Below are positions 25,326 to 38,813 of a stretch of 64,000 nt of DNA, in pieces. The notes beneath the pieces were generated by a model. That model worked only from the letters and a program-made list of their open reading frames with translations, was not told the DNA's origin and made no database searches. The DNA is from Lepidodermella squamata (taxonomy: Eukaryota; Animalia; Gastrotricha): NCBI GenBank assembly GCA_047495785.1, contig JBLDXI010000064.1, positions 248,001 through 312,000 of the forward strand. Reading direction: 5' to 3'. Within the stretch, counting starts at the first letter, position 1; every line of letters begins with the position of its first letter. Both the position numbers and the translations under genes were made by a program.

Positions 25326-26520
25326 ATGACTTGCTACTTGAGCTTTGCGTTATTGGTAATTGTCGTATTGGCTACGGGACCATTAGCAACAATGCAAGAT
25401 TAGGTTCGCTGCTTCTCGCAGTACGACAACAGGTTCAAGGACTGCTACCCAGCTACGCCCGGCTGCAACCCTCTAACCGAATTTATGGTAATTTCAGATG
25501 ATTATGAATTACGAGCCCTTATCGATTTCCTATTTTCAGTGGGCTCCCAAATGGCTGCGTGTCGGTCCTTGCACTAATGGCGTGAGTTGTTTTGCTCAAT
25601 TTGATACGAAATTAAATTGAAGTATGAAAATTTGCTGATTCTTTTGCAGAACAATCAAATGTGTTACGAAGTACGAAGCGCTCACTCCCATGCGTCCCTG
25701 GCAACGTCGGCTGCGATCGGCAACGCGAAATTAACGTGAGTATAGCGAGGCGATTGTAATGTCGAAATTTCGCATCAATGTTATTGTTGCATCCAGCTGT
25801 TCTGGTTCAGTAACTTAAGGCCAGCCAGAAAGAGTGTGAGAAAATGAGGGCTGTATTTGCGGTGAGTAATTTCCTGTCTTCGCTTCTATTATAGTTTGGT
25901 TTCTCTTTAACAGAATCTGAAATTCAGGCAAAGTACCGCAAGTGGCGTCGTCAGAACCTGCGTTCCAGATTCATACACGTGCCCCCAAAATTGTGTTAGC
26001 TTTTAATTTCTGTGATAAATTTTCAATTGATTTCCGAATTTTTAGCGGCACAGGTGACTGAATCGACCGTCCATACAAATTTGGCAGCATGCATCAATGG
26101 AGCAGGTAGAATATGGCTCAAGCGTTGAAAACGTTTGTTTTATTTTGTTTACAGTTACGGTTACTGATAGCTAGTAGCCGCACATGAGATGTTTTGAGGC
26201 TAAGTCGCGCAAGTTCAATGGCTGCCGCCGTTTTTGTTTCGCCAACGAGACATATCAGTATTCAACGGGCACCCACAGCAACCTCGATTACTACTTACTC
26301 GGTGTTCTATAATTTATCACTTGATAGAAAACTGTTCAATGCAATGAGTCGGGGGCGTGACTTGCCGATATATTTGTCTTCGGGGTTCAACTCAGGTCAG
26401 CCATTCATTGATTGAACAGTAACGATAAAATGCTCGTGTTTTTCAGGTAAAGATGTACAACAGCTCATCGAAATTTGGCGATAATCACGCGATATGTTTA
26501 GCGGAAATCATGCCCAAGGT
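25326..26520 (+). pseudogene. Cys-repeat lectin family pseudogene lacking a recognisable terminal domain
   Basis: Signal peptide, QD*VRCFSQYDNRFKDC (TAG 25401), frameshift in exon 3; exon series paralogous to the 28269 gene. Confidence 0.85.
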
Positions 26521-27325
26521 AAACATTTCTCATTTCCCTGTCACAAAATTGACACCGAATCAGGAAAATATTTCGAAAATTACTGCATTTTTTTATTTGA
26601 GTTTTTATATTTCACTTGATTTGATATCAAGTTGAAGCTCTTAATGAGATACATTATAGGGGCATTTTATCTGAAAATATAAAATCAAGAATAAAATCCG
26701 CCCAAATCAAAGTGACACCGTATCCGGTGTTTCTTTATGAATTTTTTTCCGGGACTCTAGGTGCTCTGTAGAATTTCTTTGCACACAACTGACCAAATTT
26801 GCTTTACTAAATTCTAAATTCAATTTTTTGAGACGAATACAATGATACCAAACTCATGGTATTTGTTTACCTGGATGTGGCGGTCGAAATTAGGGTCCGC
26901 CGCTTCCTAATTTCGATAGGGCCGGGTGTCTAGGCGACTACAAAATTAGCTATAAATCACGGTAAAATCGTCCAGATTAGCGGCAAAGGGGCATTCGATC
27001 GCCGATTATTTTCTGAAAATTCAACTCGCTGGCAGAGTAGAAAAAAACCTAGAAAATGGCCGAAATTATGGCGGGGTGCTTTAAATCGTAATAAATTACT
27101 ATGAAATTCTGCGTGATTTTCACTTGGATATCACGTCGTTATCATGATTTAACATGTTGTGCCTATAGCTTCGCCCAGCGGAGGGCCTACCGTAAATAAA
27201 ACTAACACACATTTTCGAAAATGCAAATATTTTACTGCTTCTGTTTTGCGCCGAATTTTTAGGTCTGTAATCCGCAAAGAGCTAGTTTTAAGATGTTGAG
27301 GTCCTGCACCTGACAAACACTGTAA

Positions 27326-27960
27326 ACGCCATGGGGTGCCAGATGTTGATATGAATCAACCTTGACTGACAGGAAAAGTATTCAAAAATCAAGTTATTTT
27401 GATCGCTCATAATTCATTATTGATCGATTAACACCGTCAATAATTTCCGGCAGTACAAGATAGCCCTAAAAAAGTTAAAAAGCAAGCGGAGAAAGTAATA
27501 AAATTAATATAGAAAATCAGGGAAAATCGTGCAAGCTCCAATCATCAAAATATAGAGCTTGATCAGAATTACCCAACCCATAGTAGGTAGGCTTCAATTC
27601 CGATTTAATTATTAGTTAATGCCATATTTTTTTGTAATCAAGAAATCATTTTTCCTGATTTCATTGGCAAGTGAAAGAATTTATTGCCTGCCTTCCGTCT
27701 CAAAGAAGCTCGCGATTTCATTGCTTTACATTGCCCTGGAAAAATTGTAATGTTCACCATTTGAAGCGATATCTGGTACTACCAACCTTTTAATGAAGAG
27801 AATTGCCATGAATGAGAAATCGGGAATGGAAAAATAACCTGATTTGTACATTTTTCCTGCTGGTGGGGCCGGTGCCCCCCCTGGCCCCCCCCCCTCCCTT
27901 AGTTACGCCCCTGTGCTAGCCAATGGATATATTCACATCAACATCTGGCGCCCACATGCG
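27326..27960. mobile_element. Element with about 26-bp imperfect TIRs, probably nested
   Basis: tggggtgccagatgttgatatgaat vs attcacatcaacatctggcgcccaca; internal C-rich tract ending tacgcccctg resembles another MITE end. Confidence 0.5.
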
Positions 27961-28268
27961 TATCCAAGTAAAATAAAACCAAAGTTTTCTGTTTAAGCGT
28001 ATCATCTCCTGAGGTATTTGGAGTCGACAAAACTAATTGATTTTTCTACTAATCAGGCCAAGTGTTGGTAATCGGATTCTCGAGACCCAAGTCCCAAGTG
28101 ATTATTCGCCGGCGTTGAATGAATTATGTCATTAAATATGAAGCTGAGCTCGAAATGACGGTGAAACAACGAAATTGTTAATTGATTTTCGCGCTGTTGA
28201 TATCCATTCAAAAGGCTAGTTATATCTTTTATCCTAATTTAGGATAGAGATTTTTGTGTTTGCTATTA

Positions 28269-30333
28269 ATGATGGCCTTCCTTCATGTTGTTTTGGCTCT
28301 TGTGACTTTCCATTCGCAAATCGATGCCGTTTTTGGCGCGGCGAACTGGACCCGCTGTTTCGCACAGCTGAATAACGCTTTCACGTCATGTGTGACAACT
28401 GATCAGAACTGTGATCCGGACTTGGAATACCAGGTTAGCTAAACTTGGAAACTTGGAAACAGCTGAAATGAAACAGGACTAATTTTTAATTTTTTATGCC
28501 AGTTGGGGCCGATTTTCCGAAAGCCGGGAGTTTGCTATCGAGGGGTGAGATTGTTATCGTTATTTTCAATTTTAAATGCTGAATTCTTCAAAAATTCAAG
28601 AACTGCCGACTTTGCTACAAATACGATATGCTAACTCCCAAATGCGTGCCTGGACACATTGGCTGTAACAACCCGGGCGAAATGAGCGTGAGTAATTGTG
28701 TTCGGTTGAAATTCTTTTTAATTTGTATTTTGTGTTTGTTGTGATAAATAATATCAATATCTATTTTTTAATCCTAGCTTTTCTGGTTCGGCAGCCGAAC
28801 TCCACAATTGAACTTCAAATACAACTTCAAGCAGTGCGAGCGGAAAAAGGCTGAATTTGCGGTAGGCCCTAATAGATATCAGCCAACTCAGACAGAATGT
28901 TAACTGTGTATTTTAGAAATTGAAATTCAGGCGATGCACTTCTAACAATGTGACCAAGACGTGTGTTCCTGATCCTTACATTTGCCCAAACAATTACGTA
29001 TGATACTCTAAAACCGTAGTACTTTGCCAAATAAATTTTCTTCGTTAAACAGGTGACTGGGTCTGAGCTTCACCCGAATCTAACATATTGCATCAATGGA
29101 ACTGGTTAGGCAGCGATTTAATTGTCAGTTGTTGTTGTTGAATTTTCACACCCCGCAGTGAGTGTTCCGATAAGCGAATCTCCGCACATCCGCTGTTTCG
29201 ATCCCACGAATCGAGGCTTCACCGCCTGCCGACCTCGAAGCTCCGGCTGCAATGCGAACAGCGAGACGAGTCGATTTTCAGCTATCGTTTTCGACAACCT
29301 GGAAAACTGCTTGCTTGGAGTGAGGTGTTTTTGTATTTGAAATTCGGCAGTCTATTTGTGTTGAATTTGGACAGAAAGCATTTCAATGCCAGGACGCCAC
29401 AGGCAACAAAACATGCCTCGCAAGCTGTCCGCGGAACTCGACACAGGTAATATTCCTATTTTTACGTCGTAGCTGTACTCAGAAAACTCCCGGTCAATCA
29501 GTTGTTGTTACAATGGCCAGTCGCAAGTCCGAAATTGTGTCTGTTCCGCACTAATTGGATCTACGCTTGTTCGTCTTATTTTGAAGATGTCATTGTTTTT
29601 TCTCATCCAACCAGGTGAAAATGTACTCTGATAGTCCAAATTTTCAGCCCAACTACGGCAACTGCATAGCTGACATGACGCAGGTGGTAAGTAAACTTCT
29701 TCTTTAAATCGTAGGAAATCTTTGGCTCAACGACACGAGACTATATGAACGACAATATATGTACGATAGAAAAATTATTATTAGCTGGCGATAGCATTAG
29801 GTTTAGAATTCAAGAGATAATAAGTAGTCATTAATAGCGCTGCTACTTTTGCAGCTTCTCGAACAACAAGCGGAATATTATTTAACGGAAGTTCGCATTC
29901 TCTAAAAGGCTTCATTTTATTTGTCTCGTGTACATTTTATTCACACTTTTTGTAGAGTTTCACTGGCTACAAGACTACGTCACCAACCATTATGCCGGGC
30001 AACGCAAGACAAAGCTGCTTGTCATTGGGCAGTAACTATCGTTTGGCGATGATCAAAACTGATGCTCATCGATCTGCTGCCTACACCGCCATGGTCAACG
30101 CTGGCATTGCAAAGGCGTACATCGGCTTGGCGAAAGTCAACGATGTGTGGCTTTGGGATGATGGTACGCCGTACGCTGACTTGCCCCCATGGGGCAGTGG
30201 CTACCCGAGAACCGGTGTCTGGTGGACTGGCCTGGCAATAACTGAGAGCAGTTCACTCAAGGCGGCGGACGGTTTGATAAGTGCGCCTTCGACTAGCAAC
30301 TACATCTGCCAGAAATCAACCTACAGTTGGTAG
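28269..30333 (+). CDS. Secreted Cys-repeat + atypical C-type lectin-like domain protein, 10 exons, intact
   Basis: Signal peptide MMAFLHVVLALVTFHSQIDAVFG; all ten exons splice in frame with GT-AG. Last exon ARQSC..RLAMIK..AYIGL..WLWDDGT..W..GYP..YICQK. Confidence 0.88.
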
Positions 30334-30859
30334 GGCAATCGCCTAACGACAAGCGCCGAGTGAGATAATGTTTGAGTGATTGAATAAAGATAAGCATTGT
30401 GACATTGATGTGTGATAATAAAAATGCATTCATCTTGTGGATATGAAAGTGTCATGATTAAAATTCATTTTGGAAAGCAGTCAATGCGACTCTGCGAGTC
30501 TGATGTTGTAAAGGCGTGCCATGCAATTTTCCGAAGGATTAGTCATGATAACAATTCGCTTCATGATACCAACTCAACACTTTTCCCCTTAAATCATCAG
30601 ACCGAGATGTACGACGCATCTGCGAACTTCGACACACACTGACGGTACTAAACATTTAAGTTTTTTTTCAAAATATTGCAGCGATAAATGTATCTCGAGA
30701 AATATGAGGGTTTATGAATCGCAGTGAAATGGATTGATCACTCATGATAGATTCCCTTAGCTCAGGTTCCCTGAGCTCTTAGCTTCAGTTTATAGTTTAT
30801 GTTACACTTCGTCGTTAATAAATATATGGCCGAACACTTATACCTTATACTCACGCATG

Positions 30860-31070
30860 GGTGGCGAGAAACTGTCGTCTGATGGGTCTGCGTTCACCTA
30901 CAACGCTGATCCATGCACCTTTTATTCCGACTATGGATGCACCACGATGTGGAATGAGTCTGGCTTGCCCATGATTTCATTTAATTGCTGGCCAGACACC
31001 AGGTTCAGGTACAGGTACAGGTATACACCCTAGTTGTACGATACGGTATTTGCGAAACTTTCACCGAGTA
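30860..31070 (+). pseudogene. Degraded 3' end of a C-type lectin-like exon
   Basis: SDGSAFTYN and VRYGICETFTE* resemble WSDGSALTFN..GYGVCETYVE* of the 62816 gene. Confidence 0.6.
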
Positions 31071-31080
31071 ACTTCATGCT

Positions 31081-33362
31081 TCAAGAAATATTTGTTAATT
31101 GAGCACAGTGAAATAGTGACAAATTAGCTCGACTCGCGCCTCGTGAAATCAGCACATCTGCCACAGTAGTTCTATCTTGACATATTGCGAGAACTAGAGC
31201 ATTATGGCCATTGATATTTCTGACATTCATCCTAGCACCTCTATCTAGCAGCAGTTGAGCAAGATCGGTCAACCCAAGCATAGACGCATGCATCAAAGAC
31301 GTGTTGCCATTGTTGTCAACGACCTCGATGGCAGCATTACGATCAAGAAGCAGTCGAACTGTATCGACCTTTCGTCGCATTGCGTTTGTAAGGAACCACT
31401 ATTTAAAATTTCACGATGGATTTCTTATGAATAATAATGATTGAGTAGCTCCTTTCAAACGCAACGCGACGCTTTCCAGTCACAGCAGCATTCAACAACG
31501 CCTTCGAGCCGTCAGTATCTTTAACATCGATGTCTGGTCGAATTTGCCATCCGTGGACTCGTCGATTTCCGCAATGAGTTGCCGCACCTGTGATACGTCG
31601 TCCGTAAAGGCTGTTACACTCCACAACTGCTCGTACATTTCCCCAATCTATACACGTGGACGAGATTGATTATAGGATAACGGATAACCATGAAGATTCC
31701 CGACACGCTGTATACCAAGCATAATTAATAAAAACATAGACTATGGAGGAATCTGCTCTACTTACGGACAGGTTCTTACTGTTTAGAGTTTTCTTACTAA
31801 ATTTTTTAAGGAATCGCTTTAATCTAGCGCTACACCAGAAAGAAATCACCGTAATTCATTTATCAAAAGAATGAATTTAGTTTCGGTATCTGAATTCATG
31901 GGGAAAAATTCATGGACATTAATTTAATTCCAAAAACTCAAAATCACCCAAATTCTGGGGCACAATTTTCGAGCAGATATACAAGAACTATCCTATTGTT
32001 TTATCCCATGGTTGGTGCTTAGCTGGCCGTTTATTGACAATCGAAAATCAAATCAAATCGATGGTCCAATACAAAGCAGAAGGCTTCAAAGCTGGAAACC
32101 CCAAGAGGGGTGCAAACGCCACGCATCAATAAATCGAATTAATTACGATAAAATTCTGCGTAATTTTCTGAATATGGGCTCATCACAACTTCAAGAGCCA
32201 GGCTTATGAATTTTGATAAATTTTCGAAAGACGACTTTTTTGACCAAATTGAGGTCTGAGCTACATTCTGAGCTACATATATATCATTACTTATGTTCCT
32301 CAATTTTTGGTGTAAAAAGCTAGAATAGCTGACCATCATGTTAGTCTGATTGGTTGAAAATCAGAGGCTAAGCCTGAACGCCTACTGCCTACTGGGAGGA
32401 CTGTTTAGTGCGTTCACCCTTCTTTGAAGCCTTTTGCTTTGTGAGGGACCTGAATCGATAGCAATACGATTTTATCGATTTTAACGATAGAACTAATCAT
32501 ACAAGTATGAAACAGGGTGACAGGGTTCGAGCGGCCGCGGGAATACTCTGTCGAGCAGTTCTGATAAGATCGAACTTGAAGATCCACCTTTCTGGGGATC
32601 TCAGGAAGCCCAGCTGAAATACGAAATAGCACGGGAAAGTAATTCTTATCGAAAATAGTAGTATTGAGACCTACTGTTTGCAAAATGACCCCAGCCAACC
32701 GCGACCGCCGAATCACATCCGTCGATGGAATTCGCTGTATCTGAAATGTCTTGGCACATGGCACTCGCGTCGGGTAAACATATTGGTCTGATCTCCTGTG
32801 AGAATCTGGGGACAGGGCTCATCAATCGCAGTAGAGCGAAATCATAGTCATAGAAATTCCGCCGCCCATCGTATAGCGGATGAACCAAAGGTGGCAGGGA
32901 CACAAAAGATTCGTATGAGGCTTTCTCCGAACGAACACTTATGTTGTGCCGACCTAGCAACGCTTTGATCCTGTAACAGCTAACATTAGACCATCAAACG
33001 GGGGAAATTACGAAAGATTACAAAATCGGCGTCTCCCCAGCATTCCAAACGCAATGAGCAGCTGTAATCAGCCATTGCCTCGATATGAGAGACGCTCCGC
33101 AATGTAAGGTTGACGTTTTGCCGCTGTTATAAATTTCAAGGAAGACCTAGCTCAACATCTCGCTTTTGCTCAGTTGAATGCATTTGGCTCAGTTTGAACT
33201 AACCAACCATGGGTAGTCATGTGCCTTTACTCGCTGACTGCCCGGGCCTCCTGATTTCGCCACAGCAGTGGGGCTCGCAATTCCACATTCGAGATCATGG
33301 GAATCATCTAATCCGAATACCAAACCAAGGAAAACTGTGGTGATAGTTGTGAGATGGCGCAT
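31081..33362 (-). pseudogene. Protease-CCP-ankyrin paralog, internally deleted
   Basis: Signal exon ending YPWL, TAAHC exon and DFALL exon present. Exon 4 breaks off near 32518 before GDSGG and the CCP-coding sequence is absent. Ankyrin exon starts tag|IGEMYEQLW, is frameshifted and ends with the C-cap AICQ..RGASRA. Confidence 0.85.
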
Positions 33363-34537
33363 TTTTGAATTTTACAACCAAGTAAAAACTGAGCTAATAG
33401 CTTACTACAAACATATTTTTGTGTGGCTTGACTCTATGGTAATTCTTTTATTAAGTTATCTCCTGTGCATTATAATATTATAAAAATATACAATGCGATT
33501 ATTATTTACTCCGATGTACCCAGCTCGCCGGGCATTGTGTAAAAATAATTCCAAAAGTTTATCCGGCGGGAGTAGGATCGGATGCAAGCTGCGATAGCTA
33601 TCCTGATCAGCCCCTCCGAACGTGTCAAAATCAGGTCAATTATTTTCTCCAAAATAACGATTCCTGTTTTGTTCAAAAATTCCTATACAATCGAACCAGC
33701 ATAATGTTGAGGTCTGCTCCAACACAAATCCAAGAATATAAACGTCTGGTTCTACGGAAACAAGCTACGGATACAAGCTAAGCAGATTTTATTTTTATTT
33801 AGATAGATCGAATTGATTTTTTTATTCTTATAAACGCGACAATACGTAAACAACGGTAGGATGCTGGCATACCGTGCAGCGTGCGATTTTGGATCCTGGA
33901 GCATCCAAACATTTTTGCCAAAATGACTTCGTTTTTGTTCGGCGTCTTCCCATCAAAATCCCTATTGACCCGAAAGGATTATCGATCATGCAATCTCAGC
34001 CTGGCACAGGGCTTCTCAAATCCAAACCTGCGACGATTGGCGATTAAAATGTAAGATGTTTCAATCACCCATTCAATAATCCTCCGTCCTGAAAATTGAA
34101 GTGAGAAAACGTAAATCTGAGATCAACGGCACTTGTCCAAAGTCCAAAAATGAGTTGTCCTCTTTTCGCTGTGACTGATGACAATTTCGTGGTTGAATGA
34201 GGTCAATTTTTCAACGAGTGTGGACGATACACTACACGAATTATTGTCTCTGGAAAACTAAATCAGGTCTTGAATACAATATCAACGGCAATTAGGCGCT
34301 GCATAATTGATTCTCGGCGCGTGCTGCGACTATAGTCACACATAGATGATTGGCGCCTCGTGGGCTTAAAAAAGTGGGCATAAAAAAGACAATAACTTGA
34401 ATATATTTTTACGGTCTTAGTCTCATTATTTCGCTCAATTTTTCCACCTGTTTGCAATCAGCCATTATAGACGGTTTGCTTCTCAAGTTTTATTTATACC
34501 CAATAGATTTCTGCAGTAGTCAAAGATATTCATCAGA

Positions 34538-36827
34538 ATGACAACCTGTTCTCTGTTTCTGCTTTGTGTCGTGACGTTCATTGGAGTAGTGAACAGCAAC
34601 CGTTGGGTGCGCTGCTTCTCACAGCTAAGCAACAGATACAAATCTTGCGTACCGGCTTCTAATGGGTGTAATCCACTCAACGAGTATTCGGTACGTTGGA
34701 TTATTCTGGTTATTTCTAATTTTTTATGCCTCTATTTGTTTTTATCGCCTTGAGAATTTCATTGCTTTTTGCATTGACAGTCGGGTCCGATTTTTCGAAA
34801 GTCTGGCTTTTGCGACCACGGCGTAAGATTCATCTCTGGTTTTAAGTGTTCAATTTTTTAATGTGTCTTCTAAATGCTGATAGAGTGCTCGTATGTGCTA
34901 CAAGTACGAAGCCCTCACCCCGAAATGCGTTCCCGGAAATGTTGGCTGTAACAATCTTGGTGAAATGAACGTACGAACTATTTGATCGGATTTAATTCAG
35001 AATTCCTATTTTTACTAATTTTGTTTCCATAATATAATTTGCACAAATTTCTACTAATTTTCGGTGGTCATTAATTTTCGGTTTGATCTTTGAATTCGGT
35101 GTTTTTGCGAAATTACCGAATATTAATTCTAATTGAATAAATAAATTTTTGCTCAGCGGCCAGCCTAAAACCGAATTAAAATCCACCAAAATGTAATGTA
35201 CAGGCCCAAATTCTCCATAAAATAAAATGAATTTTTAACCTTCAATCCTTAATTTTTTCTAGCTGTTCTGGTTCGGCAATCGGACGATGTTGCTGAATTT
35301 AAGAAACAACTTGAATGATTGCGAAAAGAAAATAGTTGTATTCGACGTGAGTGCAACTTTATTTCAATAATAAATGCTTTACATTTTTGTCTCAAAAAAT
35401 CCAGAAATTGAAGTTCCGAAGATGCACTCTTAGTGAAGCTGTCAAAACCTGTGTTCCAGACCCTTACTATTGCCCGAACAGTTGGGTAGGTTTGTAGTTT
35501 TGAAGGGAATTCGAGCGTTTTTGAGCAAGAAAAATAATTATCTGTCGAGTTCTCGATCGTGAATTTATTTAAACATTTGTTCCATTGTGAGAAGGTCACC
35601 GAATCGACGCTGTATCCCGATCTTGCTTCTTGCACCAATGGATCTGGTTAGCCTCAATAAGTAGCTTTCAATTCTAATTCCATTTATTCTATTTAAATGT
35701 TCTTCTCAAAATGACTCATTTCATGAATCATGAATTCAATTGATAGTCACAGTTCCAATCAGCGAGATGCCTCACGTTCGCTGCTTTGATTCGACCACTA
35801 CCAAATTCAATGACTGCCGACCACAGAGTGTCGGTTGTTACGCTAGCAATGAAACTCGACAATATTCTTCTCAAGTTTACGTTAACCGTGATACCTGCCT
35901 GCTAGGAGTACGTGCGAAAATATGTTGCGAATCAGCATATCATTTGTCTTTTTTTAACAGAACGCCGTTTCGTGCAAGGATTCCGCCGAACGACTGTCTT
36001 GCTATGCAGTCTGCCCAAAAGACCTCACACAGGTGAAGCTAAGCCAACTGTTCTGAAAATTTTCAATTAACCATCGTTATAACAGAATCAGCTTTACTCG
36101 GGCTTGCAGACCTTTCAGCTGAATTACAATTAATGCATTGAGGAAAAATCGCCTGTTGTGAGTTTATTCATTTCCGAATTTTGCAACCAAACCCGGGATG
36201 TAGTTCGTCTTGATTATATTATCTATATTGGATAAGCTAAATCTATCAAACTTTCTGCTGCTGTGCGTGGGATATAACCTAACAAATGTTTTTGTTTTGC
36301 AGACGGTAGTCTATTTCCGGTGCGTTGGCAAAAGTGACGCTGCTGTTCGATGCGTCGAGAACACAACTGGCTGTGATGCGGCCACTGAAGTGCGAATTCC
36401 GGCTGATGTCAACTATAGGGAAGAGATCAGTTGCCGAAACGCGACGAAAAAATTCTTGTTATTAATGTCTGAGTACACAAGAGATATGGGATCAGATGAT
36501 TGCGTCAAACACAACGCTACACTCGCCACGATTAGATCAGAAGAAGAGCTGACAGCAGCTAAACAGCTGCTGGCAAAACGAAAACCAAGACTCCAGAACA
36601 GCTGGGTCGCTCTCAAAGGGCAAAACGGCGTATTCAAATGGGACGATGGCTCGGATTTCACCTACATTGCGTCGCAGTGGGTTCGGAATGCTTTGTCTGA
36701 TGGCTGCGTTTATTTTGCGTTCAAACAAACTCCTAATTATCCAAGTAGCGACTACTACTATACAGCATCACCTTGCTATTACAAGGTTAACTCTGTCTTA
36801 TGCGAACAATTTAAGAATGTTCTGTGA
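34538..36827 (+). pseudogene. Cys-repeat + C-type lectin-like gene, 10 exons, one nonsense codon in exon 9
   Basis: All exons in frame except TAA at 36131-36133 (QLNYN*C vs QLNHDKC in a paralog). CTLD exon to 36827 is open. Confidence 0.75.
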
Positions 36828-36914
36828 TCGGAACATTCGTCGTGCGAAGTGTGAGGAGAAGTGAAAGATCGAAATAAAAGGAAAATGCTGATTTATCTGA
36901 TACTTTGAATCATC

Positions 36915-37162
36915 CAGTGTGCGACTTTCAGGGGGGGATGGGGGGGATCATCCTCCCCAGCTCGGCCGGGCCAGACAGCAAAATGAGAATGTATCCCACG
37001 GTCTTGTTAATTTTGGAAGGTTCTGGGGCGTGTTTTAGTGAAAAATCTCCAAAATTTTCTCGCTTCGCTCGGTTATTAGCAGAAATGACTCGTCATTTTG
37101 GCAAAAACAGCAAACAAATTTTTTCCATCCCCGGGAGTTCGGGGATCGAAGATCGCACCCTG
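36915..37162 (-). mobile_element. hAT-like MITE
   Basis: TIR cagtgtgcga / tcgcaccctg; 8-bp TSD gaatcatc at 36907-36914 and 37163-37170. Confidence 0.88.
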
Positions 37163-37170
37163 GAATCATC

Positions 37171-38027
37171 TCCTCGGGACGTTATCATGGAATCCATCCA
37201 GCCATCGTTATCTTTCGCATCGACCGCAGCGTTTCGATCTAGTAACAGTCGATCAACTGCGATTTGCCCTTTCAAAAAAGCTCTCATCAATGCTGTAAAG
37301 CCATCGTTATCTTTCGCCTCAGTTGAAGTGTTACGGTCCAGCAACAGTTGAACTACTGCGACTTGCCCTTTCGGAACAGCACTCATCAACGCTGTTAAGC
37401 CATCGTTATCTTTCGCTTCAATTGAAGCGTTACGGTCCAGCAACAGCCGTACCACTTCGATTCGCCCCGCCGCAACTGCATAGATCAACGCGGTCCAGCC
37501 ATCGTTATCTTTCGCATCGACCGCAGCGTTTCGATCTAGCAACAGTCTAACTAATGCGACTTGCCCGCTATTCGCTGCATACATCAACCCTGTCACGCCA
37601 TCGTTAACTTTGGCCTGGATAGAAGCGTTCCGGTCCAGTAGCAGTTGTGTTGCTGCGACTTCCCCTGTCGTAATTGCATGCATCAACGGCGTGAAGCTCT
37701 TGTTATCGTTTGCCTCGTTGGCAGCCTTGCGATTCAACAAGAGTCGTAAAGCTTCGATTCGCCTATTCATGGCCGCATGCATCAACGCCGTCCAGCCCTT
37801 GATATCCCTAGCCTCTATATTAGCATTTCGATTTTTCTACTTCGGTTTTTCCAGCATTGACAGGAAACATCAACGCCGTAGAGCCTAACTTATTGTATGC
37901 CTCGATAGAAGCGTTCTCGAATATCACCGGCAAAACAGCTCTAGATTTCGCATTTTGTCAAAACAAAACAGCCGTGGCCGATCTTTTGAGGTCGCGAGGA
38001 GCAAGCCGAGCAATATCAACATGTTGA
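37171..38027. pseudogene. Orphan ankyrin fragment: about 6-7 internal repeats on minus (about 37190-37920) abutting a C-cap on plus (about 37920-38027)
   Basis: LLLDRNA.(I/V).AKDNDG repeats on minus with a frameshift near 37830; plus strand GKTALDFAFCQNKTAVADLLRSRGASRAISTC*. Confidence 0.8.
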
Positions 38028-38813
38028 AATCGCGTACTACCTTCACTTTACTTCCGATCTAGTGATTACACCCAAAATCGCCATCTCAATTCGTATTATT
38101 GCCATTCTACCATTCAAAACGCTCCATCAATTTTAATTCATCAATTTTAATAAAACAAACAATCGTTTTCAAAATAATTAGGAATTGGGTCTTTTACATA
38201 GTAAATGATGTAGTGCTAACTGATTAGCAAAGTCCGATCAATACTGAAAATTCGCATCTCCGATGCTTCGATAAAACCGCCAAAACGTTCAGGAACTGCG
38301 TTTGAAAAGCTCGGGCTGTTTTAGGAATGAGACTCAGCAGTACTCGAACGCAAAACGAAAATAATGTTTATTCTCCTTCGCTTTCCGGGCACAATTTACT
38401 CAACCTACAGTAACCTTCAGCGATGTCTTGATGGGGTCTGTAATCGTGTTAGGTATCTCTAATTCATTTTACCTTCTGGATTATGAAGAAAGCGGTTATA
38501 TGTTAACCACTTTCTGTTAAATTTTATACGTTCCTAATAGGTAGAGTAGCGAGAACTGGGTGCCATCTTGGATCCAGGGATGAAAATATCTGTTAACCTG
38601 TTATTCTGCAAAAATGAAGAAGAATGTTGCGGCCTTTTTAATTTTCGCGGACGATTTCACCAAATTAAGAATTTCATTGCAATCTATTAGCGTAAAAGAT
38701 CAATTCAGTCTCAAGAAAGACGAGAAAACGAAAAATCGCTTGAAACTACAGAAGAATACTATCAAGGTGTGCCAAGGATCTTATTCATATCGAAATATCT
38801 GCAGTCAGCCCTC

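Noticed and set aside
24100-25403. TAG at the same conserved Trp codon in two paralogs, suggesting A-to-I rescue or readthrough
   Set aside because: Both copies have further frameshifts or deletions; ordinary pseudogenisation suffices.
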